This document shows positions 62,407 to 64,000 of a DNA stretch of 64,000 nt, one piece after another. Each line of letters opens with the position of its first letter. Position 1 is the stretch's first letter. A model generated the notes under the pieces. The model searched no databases and was not told the origin of the DNA. It was given only the letters and a program-made list of their open reading frames with translations. The stretch is taken from NCBI RefSeq assembly GCF_014779595.1, contig NZ_JACXZT010000009.1, positions 3,378-67,377 on the forward strand, read 5' to 3'. The translations under genes were made by a program, and so were the position numbers. Source of the DNA: Halomonas sp. ML-15 (GTDB lineage Bacteria > Pseudomonadota > Gammaproteobacteria > Pseudomonadales > Halomonadaceae).

Positions 62407-63204
62407 ATGACAGACCGTTTTCAGGACCAGCCGCTGCAAGTGGCAGGGCATCGCTTCGCCTCGCGGCTGCTGGTCGGCACCGGCAAGTACCGCGATTTCG
62501 ATGAGACCGCGGCCGCCATTGAGGCCTCAGGCGCCGAGGTGGTGACCTTCGCCGTGCGCCGCACCAATCTGGGGCAGGAAGCCGGCGCGCCCAATCTGCT
62601 CGACGTGGTACCGCCTGAGCGCTTTACTCTGCTGCCTAACACGGCGGGCTGCTATACCGCCAAGGATGCGGTGCGCACCTGCAAGCTGGCCCGCGAGCTG
62701 CTCGACGGCCACAAGCTGGTCAAGCTCGAGGTGCTGGGCGATGACGCGACCCTTTATCCCAACGTGGTGGAGACACTCAAGGCCGCCGAGGAGCTGATCA
62801 AGGACGGCTTCGATGTCATGGTCTACACCAGCGACGATCCTATCGTCGCCAAGGAGCTCGAACGCCTGGGCTGCTGCGCGGTAATGCCGCTGGGCTCGCT
62901 GATCGGCTCCGGTCACGGTATCCAGAACCCGCATAATGTGCGGCTCATCATCGAGCAGGCCGAGGTGCCGGTGCTGGTGGATGCCGGCATTGGCACCGCC
63001 TCCGACGCCGCCATGGCCATGGAGCTGGGCTGCGACGGGGTGCTGATGAACTCGGCGATTGCTCATGCGCGCCAGCCGGTGCTGATGGCGGCGGCCATGA
63101 AGCAGGCCGTCGAGGCCGGACGTGCCGCCTTCCTGGCCGGGCGCATGCCGCGTCGCCAGAGCGCCGAACCCTCCTCGCCCTTCGCCGGCCGTATCAACGG
63201 CTGA
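62407..63204 (+). CDS. thiG: Thiazole synthase
   Basis: ThiG motifs [19 protein letters not shown]. Confidence 0.93.
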   Translation: MTDRFQDQPLQVAGHRFASRLLVGTGKYRDFDETAAAIEASGAEVVTFAVRRTNLGQEAGAPNLLDVVPPERFTLLPNTAGCYTAKDAVRTCKLARELLDGHKLVKLEVLGDDATLYPNVVETLKAAEELIKDGFDVMVYTSDDPIVAKELERLGCCAVMPLGSLIGSGHGIQNPHNVRLIIEQAEVPVLVDAGIGTASDAAMAMELGCDGVLMNSAIAHARQPVLMAAAMKQAVEAGRAAFLAGRMPRRQSAEPSSPFAGRING

Positions 63205-63231
63205 CACCCCCCGACGAGACCCACGTGACGC

Positions 63232-63981
63232 ATGAGTGATACCACCCACGATCGATCCGACGACGCCGTTCAAGCGCAAGAGCCCACCGAGGCCCCGCTG
63301 CATCGGCGCGGCATCAAGAGCTATGTGCTGCGTGCCGGGCGCATGACCGTTGCCCAGACCCGCGGCCTGGAGGAGGTCTGGCCGCGGCTGGGGCTGACCC
63401 TGGCCGATGGCCGACAGGATCTCGATGTGCTGTTTGGGCGCCGTGCGCCGCGGGTGGTGGAGATCGGCTTTGGTATGGGCGCCTCGCTGATCGAGCAGGC
63501 CGCCACGCATCCCGACAGCGACTTTATCGGTATCGAGGTGCACGCTCCCGGGGTGGGCAAGCTGCTCGACGAGGCCGACAAGCGTGGCCTGACCAACCTG
63601 CGGGTCTACCGCGAGGATGCCCTGCGGGTGCTCGAGGAGTGCCTGCCGGAGGCCAGCCTCGACGCGCTGCAGCTGTTCTTCCCCGACCCCTGGCCGAAGA
63701 AGAAGCATCACAAGCGGCGTATCGTCCAGCCGGCCTTCGTCGAGCTGGTGCGCACCCGCCTCAAGCTGGGGGGCACCTTTCACCTGGCCACCGACTGGGC
63801 GGCCTACGCCGAGTGGATGGCCGAGGTGATGGACGCTGCGCCGGGCTATCGCAACACCGCAGCGGCTGAGACGGCACCCTATGTGCCGCGCCCCGACTTC
63901 CGGCCGCTGACCAAGTTCGAGGCCCGCGGCGAGCGCCTGGGCCACGGCGTTTGGGACCTGATCTACGCCCGCGACGCTTAG
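63232..63981 (+). CDS. trmB: tRNA (guanine46-N7)-methyltransferase
   Basis: [11 protein letters not shown] motif. [14 protein letters not shown] signature. Confidence 0.92.
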   Translation: MSDTTHDRSDDAVQAQEPTEAPLHRRGIKSYVLRAGRMTVAQTRGLEEVWPRLGLTLADGRQDLDVLFGRRAPRVVEIGFGMGASLIEQAATHPDSDFIGIEVHAPGVGKLLDEADKRGLTNLRVYREDALRVLEECLPEASLDALQLFFPDPWPKKKHHKRRIVQPAFVELVRTRLKLGGTFHLATDWAAYAEWMAEVMDAAPGYRNTAAAETAPYVPRPDFRPLTKFEARGERLGHGVWDLIYARDA

Positions 63982-64000
63982 GCGGCCCCTCGTATTGTCA

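Overview
This 64 kb window is from a high-GC (~65%) gammaproteobacterial chromosome. The housekeeping genes look Halomonas/Oceanospirillales-like. About 30 kb of mosaic accessory DNA (positions 1-~29,950) sits next to a conserved core block (30,000-64,000).

The core block encodes:
- acyltransferase-3, GST, hemolysin-III, ribA, hemE and a VanZ-like protein
- the aapJQMP-like amino-acid ABC transporter, a GGDEF cyclase and a histidine phosphatase
- the phnDCEE phosphonate transporter and a host-attachment-like protein
- two tandem Cache-MCPs, a LysR regulator and fpr
- P-II/amtB/glnK, ubiK, comM, an alpha/beta hydrolase and malate synthase G
- a hotdog thioesterase, DUF423, thiS, thiG and trmB

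The accessory part is low-GC except for a 16-23.7 kb high-GC insert. It has no integrase, transposase or tRNA in the window. It contains four things of note:
1. A tandem, shuffled cassette array of paralogous membrane-protein genes at 1-5.6 kb. It has a conserved ~450 bp leader module in three copies; copy 1 has six G in a G-tract where copies 2 and 3 have five, which shifts the frame.
2. A translationally coupled operon of large secreted proteins: a lipoprotein, a MORN-variant repeat protein and a PQQ-like beta-propeller.
3. A membrane-remodelling cluster. A PspA/IM30-YjfI-like pair sits divergent from an NfeD(YqiJ)-flotillin(YqiK) pair, which is followed by a ~1645-aa giant protein. The giant protein's only recognisable domain is a C-terminal MoxR/McrB-clade AAA+ ATPase. 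This is the strongest candidate for an undescribed system.
4. A low-GC islet carrying a coupled DUF898(YjgN-like)-M48 metallopeptidase pair plus uncharacterised multi-TM proteins.

All family assignments come from reading motifs in the translations. No database search was possible.
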